Notes under the pieces: generated by a model
What the model saw: only the letters and a program-made list of their open reading frames with translations
The model's database searches: none
What the model was told of the DNA's origin: nothing
Source: an uncultured Nitrososphaerota archaeon
GTDB lineage: Archaea; Thermoproteota; Nitrososphaeria; Nitrososphaerales; Nitrosopumilaceae
NCBI GenBank assembly: GCA_963701075.1
Contig: OY969559.1
Location: forward strand, 1,696,001 to 1,760,000
DNA: 64,000 nt
Direction of reading: 5' to 3'
Position numbers and translations under genes: made by a program
Part shown: positions 1 to 9,718 of the stretch, piece by piece
Position numbering within the stretch: position 1 is the first letter of the stretch
Layout of the letters: each line of letters opens with the position of its first letter

Positions 1-1
1 A

Positions 2-148
2 AAAATACTTGTAGTGGAAGCAAAATCAACTAGCTGGCAGGACAGATACAATGCGGCACATTATGCAGAAAGTCTGCCCCAAGTGGCTGCAGTTTCCTCG
101 GCTTCTGATTCCAAAGTTATCATGGAAATTAGTCTTGTATTAAAGTAA
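2..148 (+). CDS. 3' end of an unidentified protein running in from the window edge
   Basis: Open frame KILVVEAKST...EISLVLK ending in TAA at 146-148; no recognisable motif. Confidence 0.4.
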   Translation, partial: KILVVEAKSTSWQDRYNAAHYAESLPQVAAVSSASDSKVIMEISLVLK

Positions 149-215
149 AGTTAACGATATGTCTCTTTTTTCAAGGAATCATCTGTTTTCACTAAAGTTG
201 CTGGAATAATACCAA

Positions 216-816
216 TCAAAAGAAGTGCGCTCCTTGTAGGTTTGTCCAAGATAGGTTTGCTCCTTGTAGGTTTGCTCCAGACAGGTTTGCTCCTTGTAGG
301 TTATCCCCTTGCATATTAGCATCTTGAAGGTTATCACCTGAGAGGTCATAACCTGCTAGATTACAATAAGGAATATTTGCTCCCTCAAGATTCAGCTCCT
401 CCTTTGTTCGGTACCGGGCAATTATGATTGTATACAGTTTGTGTAAGTGTCTTAGTACTCGCTGCATAATTTGTGTCGCCTGAATATGTTTCGGTAATGG
501 TATGTAATCCTGCAGATAAGAAGTATATGGAGAGTGTTGCAGTACCGCCTAATACTGGTACAAATAGTTGAGCTGTTCTGTCAATTGTAAATATTACATA
601 ACCAGAGGGTGTGACAGAGCCAGAAGAGGGTGTAACTGTAGCTTTGAATGTAATAGAGTTACCAAACGTAGATGGATTGGCTGAGGAAGAGAGTGATGTT
701 GTGGTAGAGATCGGGTTTGTAGCCTGTGCAAGAGCCAATGTTGGTGCACTTGTGGCAAGAATGACAAGTGCCATCAGGATGTATGAATATAATTTCATTG
801 GATGATCAATATGCAA
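216..816 (-). CDS. Secreted Ig-like (Big_3-type) domain plus pentapeptide-repeat protein, split by a 1-nt insertion
   Basis: Signal peptide; TTTSLSSSANPS..G.SITF.ATV...YSGDTNY Ig-like motif; A(N/D)L(Q/S)G repeats. Removing C393 joins ...PNKGGA to NLEGANIP... Confidence 0.7.
228..330. repeat. 15/30-bp coding tandem repeat underlying the pentapeptide repeats
   Basis: gctccttgtaggtt recurs at 30-bp period. Confidence 0.75.
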
Positions 817-896
817 GTTGAAATAAAACCGGTTCTACCATTCTCATCAACGGGAATGGTAACAAGTCTTTATTGATTCTCTGACGTAGTTATACC

Positions 897-1355
897 ATGC
901 TTAATCACAAAAAAATAATAATTCCAGTAATTGTGGCTTTGATAGCTGTTGCGGTAACTCCATACGCAATACATCCTGCAGAAGCTCACATTCTAAAAAC
1001 TTTCAACAATGTTTCAGTAAAGATTGGGTGGCTAAATGAGCCACCACTTGTTGGCGATACAAACCAGATTGACATCTTTGTTTACAACGGTACTAACGAT
1101 AGTGCTCCCCCAATATCGAATACGGGCCTAGATAACCTGACTGTGACAATACAGTATGGAGGACAGACTAAAGATATCACCTCATATTTTACTGCAAGCG
1201 ATGATACTCCAGGATTGTACACTGCGGCTATCATTCCTACGCAGCTTGGAACATACAATGTGATTATCAAGGGAACCATAGACGGAGTGAGTATTCCACC
1301 TACCACATATCCAATGCAAGAAGTTGAATCCAAGTACAAGTATAGTTTTCCTTGA
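897..1355 (+). CDS. Secreted AOA-type protein with N-terminal His after the signal peptide (possible Cu binding)
   Basis: Signal peptide ending AEA-H; IGW..EPP.VG and G.Y.A.IIPT..G.Y motifs. Confidence 0.55.
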   Translation: MLNHKKIIIPVIVALIAVAVTPYAIHPAEAHILKTFNNVSVKIGWLNEPPLVGDTNQIDIFVYNGTNDSAPPISNTGLDNLTVTIQYGGQTKDITSYFTASDDTPGLYTAAIIPTQLGTYNVIIKGTIDGVSIPPTTYPMQEVESKYKYSFP

Positions 1356-1504
1356 GACTCATCTAAGACCAATTTGTTCGTGTTTTAAAGTGGGGAACTA
1401 AACTAATAAACAAAACCCATCAGTTTACTAGTGCTATCTCTGATTCTCAGTTATGATATTTTACTTGAGATCTTATAATATCAAAGACAACACTATGACA
1501 TCAA

Positions 1505-1909
1505 ATGCTAGAAAGAAAGGATCAAAGTTTTAGTTATACTGTAAAGACTCAAAAGACCATAAACCAAGCAGTAGATGATATCACAGCTAGTCTTAAGGAA
1601 GTAGGGTTTGGTGTTTTAGGCACTCTAAATTTTAAGGAAATTTTGCAAAAGAAGGGACTAGATTTCAAAGATGAATACAGATTGTTAGAAGTATGCAATC
1701 CTTCCGCTGCAAAACAAGCCTTGGAATCAAACCCTGAAATAGGTTTGTTGTTGCCGTGTACTATTGCAGTATATCAGAAAAATAACGAGAACTGGATCAG
1801 CTTGGCAAGACCCACATCGCTTCTTGCAAACATCAATGATAGACAATTAGATAAATTTGGGGAAGAGATTGAACAAAAACTTGTCTCAGCCATACAAAAG
1901 GTGAAATGA
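1505..1909 (+). CDS. DUF302 family protein
   Basis: GFGVL, LEVCNP, IGLLLPCTIAVY motifs. Confidence 0.85.
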   Translation: MLERKDQSFSYTVKTQKTINQAVDDITASLKEVGFGVLGTLNFKEILQKKGLDFKDEYRLLEVCNPSAAKQALESNPEIGLLLPCTIAVYQKNNENWISLARPTSLLANINDRQLDKFGEEIEQKLVSAIQKVK

Positions 1910-2283
1910 TGGACCCACTTGTTTCTAAAAGTCTAGGAATAACTAATGAAGAGCTATATGACTTGCTTTCTAGTGTAAAATCACTACTTGTCTATGACAT
2001 ACGAACTAAAGAACAGTTCGAGTCGGGCCATATTCGGGGTTCTATCCACGCAGTTTGTGATTTTGATGTCAAACAAACCGTTATGCCTGATATTCCACGA
2101 GGTTCCAAAATAGTTCTAGTTGATGATGATGGTGCAACATCTTCTGAATTAGCTGTTGTGATGCATTCGTTTGGATTTGACAGTTATTTTCTAAAAGGAG
2201 GCATTAGGAATTGGAAGGGAAACCTAGTAAAGAAAATCTCTGGTGAAATACACAGTCCAACTTTTTGCATAAGACGTGGTTGA
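1906..2283 (+). CDS. Rhodanese-like domain protein, catalytic Cys replaced by Asp
   Basis: DIR..E.F..GHI.GS, VLVDDDG (Asp at the Cys position), LKGG...W. Confidence 0.75.
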   Translation: MMDPLVSKSLGITNEELYDLLSSVKSLLVYDIRTKEQFESGHIRGSIHAVCDFDVKQTVMPDIPRGSKIVLVDDDGATSSELAVVMHSFGFDSYFLKGGIRNWKGNLVKKISGEIHSPTFCIRRG

Positions 2284-2810
2284 ATGATGGATGAAAAAGT
2301 ATTCTTTGAATTATTACGCAAGAGGCGTTCGATTAGGTCTTTCAAAGAAGAGCCTATCGAGGAATCTAAACTAAATAAGATCCTTGAAGCGTGTAATTTA
2401 GCACCATCTTCTGGTGGTTTACAAACTTTTGAAATATATCAGGTTAAAAACAGGGAAATGAAAGAAAAACTTGTATCAGCTGCAAAGGATCAATCCTTTG
2501 TTGCTCAAGCCCCATTGTTGCTTGTATTTTGTGCAAATCCATCTCGTTCCATAGAAAAATTTGGAGAAAGGTCTCAATTGTTTTCTGTCCAGGATGCTAC
2601 AATAGCTGCTACTTATGCTCAGCTGACTGTGCATCTTTTGGAATTGTCTACAGTATGGGTTGGGCATTTGACGAAAAGAAAGTGTCAGAAATACTGCAAT
2701 TACCACAAGGACAAAGACCCATAGCTATGCTTCCAATAGGTTATGAGAATGAAAAACCAAAAGAAAAAGTAACGAGAGGAATTAAAGATCTGCTACATAC
2801 AATAAATTAA
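2284..2810 (+). CDS. Nitroreductase family protein with a 1-nt deletion in a G run near 2662-2664
   Basis: RRSIRSF, APSSGGLQ, QDATIAA; adding one G gives VWVGAFDEKKV...PIAMLPIGY. Confidence 0.85.
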
Positions 2811-2889
2811 TTTTTGGCTGTAGATTTGAGTCAGAGCCTTACTTGACGATCAAAATTTTTGGAAATTTATTTTCAAACTAAAGCATAAT

Positions 2890-3375
2890 TTAAAACTGTG
2901 AAAATTTCAATCTAGTTCTTGTTGAAATAACTATGATAGATATGATGGAAATAGCAAGGATTGCTAATGCTACTGGACCAAATTCTGGAGCTGCGTGTGT
3001 ACCTACTATTTCCACATGACTAGTGCCGTTTGGAGTTACGACAGTTATGACTGTGTCAGTTCCAAAGGCTGTGGAGGTAGCATATCCTTTTTCATGACCA
3101 TCAACAAAAACTGTAAAATTCTCATTATTGCCTGAGATGATTCCACTGTCAAAACCTACAGATAGCTCGTCGTTTGTCAAGATATTATCGAGTGTAATTA
3201 GCTTGTATCCTTGTTAGGTTCCATTGATATAGAGGAAATCTTGCCTACATAATCCATATTGGATATGTCGGGATTGGATGTATTCAGGTTATGTAAGAAA
3301 TAGAAGATAGTGTGGGTTTTGTTATTTAATGTAAGATAATACTTGTTTGAGATTTTCAGAAGAGCTAGACCTTAT
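2890..3375 (-). pseudogene. PEFG-CTERM surface protein fragment, N-terminus missing, frameshift near 3200
   Basis: C-terminal IVGT..APEFG + TM helix + basic tail; a second frame continues upstream (KYYLTLNNKTHTIFY...SMEPNKDT) with no start or signal peptide. Confidence 0.55.
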
Positions 3376-3394
3376 CTTAATTGATTTCACTAAA

Positions 3395-4225
3395 ATGGTG
3401 GCAGTGAAGGAACACTATGTTACAGTCGATGGCAACAAGATAAGATATCTTGAGGAAGGCAATGATGGAACACATGTTGTTCTAATACATGGCCTTGGCA
3501 GCCAAGCTGAGAGGTGGCAACAAGTCATTCCACACCTAAGCCGGAATCACAGAGTCATAACTCCAGACTTGATAGGATTCGGTAAAAGTGAGAAGCCGCA
3601 GGTTGACTATACGCCAAAATATTTTGTAAAGTTTGTCTTTGATTTTTTAGAAGAGCTTGGTATTAGCAAGACCATCATGATAGGATCTTCCCTTGGAGGC
3701 CAGATTGTAGCAGAATCTGCAGCGGCCTCAGAAAATGACACAATCCAAAAAATAATTCTCGTCTCCCCGACAGGTACCATGCGTACAACAAATCCTACGC
3801 TTGATGCATATATCATGGCAGCCCTGTATCCGCAGCATGATCTGATCAAGACAGCATACCAGATGATGGCAGGCAAGCAAAAAGATGTGGATGATTCAAC
3901 CATCGAGAGATTCCGCAATGGTATGTCCCAGCCAAATGCAAAAATGTCTTTTTTGTCTTCAGTCATTAGCTTCAAGCACTGGCCAGCAATAACTGATAGA
4001 TTGCAGTTGATCTCAATACCAAGTCTGGTTATTTGGGGAAGAGATGATACCATGATTCCAATTAATCATGCAAATGACTATGTATCAAATCTCAAGGATT
4101 GCAAGTTTGTCGTAATGGAAGGATGCGGGCACAGGCCACATGTAGAAGACTCTGAAAAGTTTTCTCAGATCATGCTAAAGTTTCTAGGCAACAAGATGCA
4201 GATTGCACAGCAAATTACAGCGTAA
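3395..4225 (+). CDS. Alpha/beta hydrolase
   Basis: LIHGLG, PDLIGFGKS, nucleophile GSSLGG, IWGRDD, catalytic GH.PH. Confidence 0.9.
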   Translation: MVAVKEHYVTVDGNKIRYLEEGNDGTHVVLIHGLGSQAERWQQVIPHLSRNHRVITPDLIGFGKSEKPQVDYTPKYFVKFVFDFLEELGISKTIMIGSSLGGQIVAESAAASENDTIQKIILVSPTGTMRTTNPTLDAYIMAALYPQHDLIKTAYQMMAGKQKDVDDSTIERFRNGMSQPNAKMSFLSSVISFKHWPAITDRLQLISIPSLVIWGRDDTMIPINHANDYVSNLKDCKFVVMEGCGHRPHVEDSEKFSQIMLKFLGNKMQIAQQITA

Positions 4226-4272
4226 TTGTACGACTGAATATTTTTATACACTGTTAATTTTTCCAATGTAGA

Positions 4273-4527
4273 ATGGACGCATATCTTGAAGAAGAGTTGT
4301 ATGACCTGATGACTTTTTGCGTGCAAAATGCATCAACATCTCCTGATTATGATTCCAAAAAAGAAAGGATTCGCGAGATAGGCAAGGAGATTCATAGCGA
4401 CGGAGGAGCAGATGCAATGGAGAACATGTATTTTGCGATACAAAATAGGATAAAAGAAGAGATTCAAAAAGATGCCAAGCCCTATCGCTCATGGTGGAAT
4501 GGCATCACAGATGAATGGAAGTACTAG
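4273..4527 (+). CDS. Hypothetical protein
   Basis: Clean 84-aa ORF with ATG start; ends WWNGI..EWKY. Confidence 0.65.
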   Translation: MDAYLEEELYDLMTFCVQNASTSPDYDSKKERIREIGKEIHSDGGADAMENMYFAIQNRIKEEIQKDAKPYRSWWNGITDEWKY

Positions 4528-4567
4528 ATTAATCAGTTAGATACTACAGTATGACACCAATTATCAA

Positions 4568-5494
4568 TTAGTTTTGGCTACACAACCCTGCAGGACTTGA
4601 TAGACCTGCCTGGTTATTTTCGCATATGTTGTTATCATATGTATTGCCAGTACTATCAGGATCAGCTAAAAATCCAACATGGTTATTTGTTTCAGCATCA
4701 TTGTTGACAAGATTGTTGTTTGTGCTTACAAGTAGCAGATATCCCACCATGCCATTATCAATAGAGGTGTTATTTTCAAGATTTATTCCAGTGCTTCCAA
4801 AAAGTGCAAAGCCGCTGTAATTATTCCCTATGGCTTGGCTATTTTCCAACACATCGCCAGAACTTGAGCTAATTATAAAGCCGTCCTGTAAATTTTCGTA
4901 TGATTTATCATTTTCAAATGTGGTATCATTAGATCCAGTCAGGGCAACAAAGCCAGCTTTTGCATTTCCACTTGAGAGATTATTATCAAGTTGATTTTTG
5001 CCGGAGCTTGACTCGATGACAAACCCATAGCCTCCATTGTGAGCAGCTTCTCCATTGGCTAGTTGGTTGTTATTTGAATTTGACATTATGTCAAAGCCAT
5101 AGTTACCGTTATTGTCTGCCTTGTCAGAGATCAGATTATTATTTGAGGAACCGGATCGTACCACAAAGCCGTTGTTAAAGTACATTACATGACAGTTCTT
5201 TACTGTCACTCCATTTGCATTCACGAGTGTTATGCCGTTAAGGCCAGTCATACCATTAGGAGAAGAAAATGGTCCTGTTATGGTGTGCCCCGCACAGTCC
5301 AGAACTATATTGTTGGCGCCAATTGATATGCCGTCGGTGCCGCTATCCATACAATTAAGGTCAGCCTCAAGAGTTACCGATTGGGTAATTGTCTGGCCGC
5401 ACGTAATGGTTTGTGCGTTTGCGTTGTATACTGGGCTTGCGATAATAACCAACGCTAAAACAGCAAACATTGGAAGAATGAGAATTTTTTTCAT
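4568..5494 (-). CDS. Secreted right-handed parallel beta-helix (NosD/pectin-lyase-like) protein
   Basis: Signal peptide, CG..IT....L..DL.C N-cap, many S..N.L..N.A..N...GF repeats. Confidence 0.85.
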   Translation of the reverse strand: MKKILILPMFAVLALVIIASPVYNANAQTITCGQTITQSVTLEADLNCMDSGTDGISIGANNIVLDCAGHTITGPFSSPNGMTGLNGITLVNANGVTVKNCHVMYFNNGFVVRSGSSNNNLISDKADNNGNYGFDIMSNSNNNQLANGEAAHNGGYGFVIESSSGKNQLDNNLSSGNAKAGFVALTGSNDTTFENDKSYENLQDGFIISSSSGDVLENSQAIGNNYSGFALFGSTGINLENNTSIDNGMVGYLLLVSTNNNLVNNDAETNNHVGFLADPDSTGNTYDNNICENNQAGLSSPAGLCSQN

Positions 5495-5531
5495 GCTATG
5501 CGATAATTTACCGATAGCGTCCTATAAAGAT

Positions 5532-5555
5532 GGTTCTATCAACTTGATGGCTCAT
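5532..5555 (+). repeat. Terminal inverted repeat downstream of tnpB (contains the tnpB stop codon)
   Basis: ggttctatcaacttgatggctcat; matches the reverse complement of 6786-6808. Confidence 0.8.
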
Positions 5556-6707
5556 CCAACAAGTAGACTCGGTGCAATCTGCTCCACATCTTTGAACTGC
5601 TTCATAGCTTCACCTTGCACTGCGTCAGGCTCGAACCGTGCTGGTTCTTTCTGCTCCAGCATTGCCAAGCCTCTAGCCAGAATGTTCTTGCTGGCGTTGT
5701 TGTCCCTGTCTGTGGTAACACGACAGGTAGGACATCTCATCATTCGGCGCTCTTCGGGTATCATTTTTGACCCACATGCCGCACACTTCGATGAGGTTCC
5801 ATTTGGTTTTACAAAAATTACTTCAAGGCCATTACAATCAACTGACTTGTATTCGATCATCTTTTGCAACTTGAATCTTGACCATGAGTTTAACCTGAAT
5901 CTAAATTTTTCCCTGACCATTTCCTTTTCTGTATAATCTTCTTATTCCGGTGAGATTCTCCATTATGACTTGTCTTCCTTGCGATATAATCTCCTTTGAT
6001 TTCTGGTGCAGGAATGTATCTTCCTTGTTTTTCTGCTTCTTGCCATATTTTTGTGCTAGATTCCTTCTGATCCTGTGGTCATTTCTTGTAAAGTGCGACA
6101 GTGTATCTCTGTATTTTATTTTCATTGATACGATATCAGATGTATCTACTATTGTAGTGATATCGCTTTCATCTGTACCAGTTGCGTTCTCAAGATTCAT
6201 GTCAATTCCAATGTATCCAGCCGGTTCCTTTCCTGATACCTCTCTTGTATAGGATATTGAGAGTTTTTCACCAGTTAATGTAACCTCGCCTAGTTTCAGA
6301 CCTGGTTGCAACAAAACATTACAGGTATGGTGATTTAGGTGAATGTAGACAAACTGTCTTGGTCTAACCGGAAACTTGAGATGGTTGTGGATTATCTCGT
6401 ATCTCTGGTTATCAATTACTAGTATGCATCTTTTCATAAATGGTATCTTTACACTTGCATTCTTCTTTTTTGCTCGACGATAGTTTTTGAGCATGGTACA
6501 GGCCTTCCAGATTGCAGTATAGACATATCCAGAATACATCGTCTTGTTTAACCTTGGGTAGACAAGACTACGCAGTTTGAATCGTGAGGTGATATCATGT
6601 TCGATACCAAGCCTTATTGCCTCGTTTACAACAAACCTGAAATCCTCCATCACTGGTAAAATCTCGGTACAGCGATGATTCTGTGTTGCACACTTGACTG
6701 ATAGCAC
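5552..6707 (-). CDS. tnpB: TnpB RNA-guided endonuclease (OrfB family), 1-nt deletion in the A run at 5906-5910
   Basis: RuvC-I GIDMN, RuvC-II MENL, Zn finger CAAC...CPTC, RuvC-III DRDNNAS; one extra A joins GNGQGK to KFRFRLNSWS. Confidence 0.9.
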
Positions 6708-6785
6708 GGCAGGCTTTTGATATCTCTGATCTTCTTAAAAAGAAGGTAATTGTGATATACCACAAAAAGTTTGCAATGCCTGACC

Positions 6786-6808
6786 ATGAGCCATCAATTG
6801 ACAGAACC
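6786..6808 (-). repeat. Terminal inverted repeat upstream of tnpB
   Basis: Minus strand reads ggttctgtcaattgatggctcat. Confidence 0.8.
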
Positions 6809-7379
6809 TAATTTCAACAATATTTTTGCAACGCTGGCACCAATCATTTTGACTTGCTCTTCTTGTTTTTTGTCCTTTAGTGTTCCATCCGCATTAAAGG
6901 CTTCATGGGCTTTTCCAATAGCAACCTGGTCTGGCATAACAAGTACTCCTATATTTCCAAGTATGGATCTGGCATGAACTAGCCCTCTAAGACCGCCTAG
7001 TCCTCCAGGAGAAGCACTCATGATACCTGCAACTTTTCCTTTAAAACAAGCTAAACTCAGCTTCACCTTCAGACTGGCGCGATGTCCAGTCAATTGTATT
7101 TTTGAAAACAGCAGAGACCGAGCTGTTGTATTCTGGCGAAGAGATGAGAAAGCCTTGATGTGTCAACATCAGGTCCTTTAGCTTGCGCGCATTAGGAGGT
7201 AGCCCTTCTCGCTGTTCCAAGTCACCATCATAAAGGGGCATAGGAAAATCTCTAAGATCAACCACAGTCACATCCGCACCTGTTTCTGTTGCACCAGTTA
7301 CGGCTATCCTGATTAGTTTTTTATTAAATGAATCAGTACGGGTGCTTCCTGCAAATGCAAGTATTTTTGGTTTTGGCAT
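6794..7379 (-). CDS. NAD(P)H-dependent FMN reductase (ChrR/SsuE-like), 1-nt insertion at 7058
   Basis: GSTR..SFN, SPEYN.S....KN.IDW.SR, SASPG..GG.R; removing C7058 restores EGEASLACFKGK; last codons and stop come from the TnpB element end. Confidence 0.88.
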
Positions 7380-7526
7380 CACAGCATCATCTGTTGATAT
7401 ACTGTTTGACACATTATTCAACATTTCACGAGCCCTAACCCATGAAATTCTAGTCCTAAAGACGTGGACTTGAACTCATTATCAGAAATGGTAATCTCGC
7501 CATTCTATAATAACTGAGGAAAAATA

Positions 7527-7793
7527 ATGAAAACTGCCGTGCTGCCTGAAAAACTATCTTTAGATGAGATGTGGAAATTCATAGATGAAATAATGCGCCC
7601 CAACGAACTGATTCCTGACAAATCTAGTCTTACCTACGAGCAGGTGTTTTCAATATATTCAAAACTATATGAAATTGATAGGATATTCAGAGAGATTGCA
7701 CAAATTAATATGTTAAAAAAAGAACTAGCCAAACAGGAACACGGTAAATATTCATTGCCTGTGAGACCATCTAAACAAGTATTGAGTTTTTGA
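7527..7793 (+). CDS. Hypothetical protein
   Basis: 88-aa ORF with ATG start and an upstream TATA-like tataat. Confidence 0.5.
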   Translation: MKTAVLPEKLSLDEMWKFIDEIMRPNELIPDKSSLTYEQVFSIYSKLYEIDRIFREIAQINMLKKELAKQEHGKYSLPVRPSKQVLSF

Positions 7794-7953
7794 AGCAGGT
7801 CTAATGATGGAATTCAACTCGCTAAAAAAGCAGAAAAGATCTGGAGAACGTTCTTTTCCTTTCACGGTTCAAAGAATTTTCCTCTGTTCAAATGAATTAG
7901 CATTTACTACTGCAATCTAAAAAAAAGAGTATGTAGAAAATCAAAGACGAAAA

Positions 7954-9246
7954 TTATTGTTTCCATACAAGTGGAGCTGCAAAGATCACAATCACAGATA
8001 CTCCCAGAATTATGATAGTAATCCAAACAAGAGTATTTGATAGCAATCCATTTGTCTTGCTACCAAGGACTTTCTTATCATTTGAAATCTTTAACAACAT
8101 TACAAGCAGAGGAACTGAAATTATTCCGCTAATTATCGATGCGTAAACGAGGGCTTTTATTGGATCTATGTTCACTAGATTAATCCACAAGCCAATGACC
8201 GTAGATCCAATGATGATCAAGTAGAATCCCTTTGCTTGCCTAAATTTTTTACTGAGACCTTCTTTCCATCCAAAACCATCTGACAAAGCATAAGCAGAAG
8301 ACCCAGCAAGAACAGGAATTGCAAGCAGACCCGTGCCAACTATTCCTGATGCAAAAAGAATTTCAGCTATTTTACCCGAGTCTGGAAAGTTGTGAACCAG
8401 CGGTTCCAATGCTTTTGCAGCTTGGGCTGCAGTCTGGATGTCAGTTATGTTATTAATATGCAAAGTATTTGCTGTGGCAATTATTATAAACCACATAATT
8501 ATTTGTGAAAAGGCCATTCCCACAGCAGTATCTGCTCTCATAAGGCGCATCTCTTTTTTTGTTATTCTGGGCTTTCCCTCGCCAATTTCTTTTATTTTGT
8601 TTTTGAGAACATCTTCTTCTGCTTCCTCAGATGCTTGCCAGAAAAATGCGTAAGGAGAAATTGTCGCACCAAAGATCGCCAGAAATATCATTAAAAAACC
8701 TGCATTCAACTCAAAATGAGGAATAAGAGTAGACCAAATTATCTTGCTCCAATCCCCACTTACTACAAATGCGGTAATGACATATGAAAAAAGAGCCAGT
8801 GTCATGTACTTTAACATCTTTGCGTATCTTTTGTATGAAAAGATAACCTCTGTAAATAAAATAAAAGCGGCAAAAGAGGCAGTTATCAAAACAGTTGGCA
8901 CCTTTGGTATGATTAGTTGAACTGAAGACCCCATGGCTCCAATGTCTGCGCCAATGGTTATTGTATTGGCAATCAACAGCAGTCCGACAATAAAGATTGT
9001 TATCTTTTTGGAATACTTTTCCTTTATGACACCTACAAGACCTTTTCCAGTGACAAGGCCGACTCTTGCACACATTTCCTGAATTGCCATCATAAGTGGA
9101 TACTGAAATAATGCAAGCCACGATACACCTAGCCCAAATTGTGCACCGCCTTGTGAGTATGTAGCTATTCCTGACGGATCATCGTCAGCGGCACCACTGA
9201 TTAGTCCAGGCCCAAGAATCCGAAATAGTGATTTTATAGACTTCAT
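7954..9246 (-). CDS. NRAMP-family divalent metal transporter (MntH-like)
   Basis: GPGL..GAADDDPSG..TY, QEM.AR.G.VTG, GATISPY.FFWQ; many TM helices. Confidence 0.88.
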   Translation of the reverse strand: MKSIKSLFRILGPGLISGAADDDPSGIATYSQGGAQFGLGVSWLALFQYPLMMAIQEMCARVGLVTGKGLVGVIKEKYSKKITIFIVGLLLIANTITIGADIGAMGSSVQLIIPKVPTVLITASFAAFILFTEVIFSYKRYAKMLKYMTLALFSYVITAFVVSGDWSKIIWSTLIPHFELNAGFLMIFLAIFGATISPYAFFWQASEEAEEDVLKNKIKEIGEGKPRITKKEMRLMRADTAVGMAFSQIIMWFIIIATANTLHINNITDIQTAAQAAKALEPLVHNFPDSGKIAEILFASGIVGTGLLAIPVLAGSSAYALSDGFGWKEGLSKKFRQAKGFYLIIIGSTVIGLWINLVNIDPIKALVYASIISGIISVPLLVMLLKISNDKKVLGSKTNGLLSNTLVWITIIILGVSVIVIFAAPLVWKQ

Positions 9247-9391
9247 ATTGGCATGTTTGTTTTAAGAGAAGATAAATCTAGACATAATTATTATTCGTGA
9301 TAAAGTCAAAAGTAGGCCATATTTTGGCAGTAATTTTCTTTTCGCACAAATATGTTCATCAATTATTCAAAAATACTGTTGCCTTTTGTGA

Positions 9392-9718
9392 TTACAAAAG
9401 TTGAATACCGTGAGCTCTCCTATGAGTCAACAATTCTTCTTCGTTTGAAACTACATATCCACACATCTCACATCTAAGAAAACCAAAGTCTTCAATTGGC
9501 ACTTCTTTTGCCAACAAAAAATTCGTAGGATCAATGTTACGTACTTTGTAGCCCCGTCGTTTTGTTTCTACAAGAAAGGATTCCAGAATTTGCTCCACAT
9601 TTGCTTCATTTACCATCACCGATGATTCTTCCATCTTTGCCTCGATGTGGTGATTCTTTAAATAATTTGTCAGATCTACTGCGATTTCACTATCATTTGC
9701 ACAATCGATTATTATCAC
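9392..9718 (-). CDS. C2H2 zinc-finger protein
   Basis: C-terminal CEMCG...LLTHRRAH. Confidence 0.75.
   Translation of the reverse strand: MIIIDCANDSEIAVDLTNYLKNHHIEAKMEESSVMVNEANVEQILESFLVETKRRGYKVRNIDPTNFLLAKEVPIEDFGFLRCEMCGYVVSNEEELLTHRRAHGIQLL

Larger units (their letters stand above)
5532..6808 (-). mobile_element. Non-autonomous TnpB-only element bounded by imperfect terminal inverted repeats
   Basis: TIRs at 5532-5555 and 6786-6808 (22 of 24 aligned positions identical) enclose tnpB only; no transposase inside; no target duplication seen. Confidence 0.75.

Noticed and set aside
5901-5920. Programmed frameshift or true inactivation of tnpB
   Set aside because: A one-base shortfall in a homopolymer, like those at 2662-2664 and 34988-34990, is more simply a long-read error. 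Not proven without reads.
5232-5936. 234-aa plus-strand ORF and other long antisense ORFs (e.g. 46787-47368, 51667-52230, 61504-62106)
   Set aside because: They are shadows of well-supported genes on the opposite strand and have no motifs of their own.
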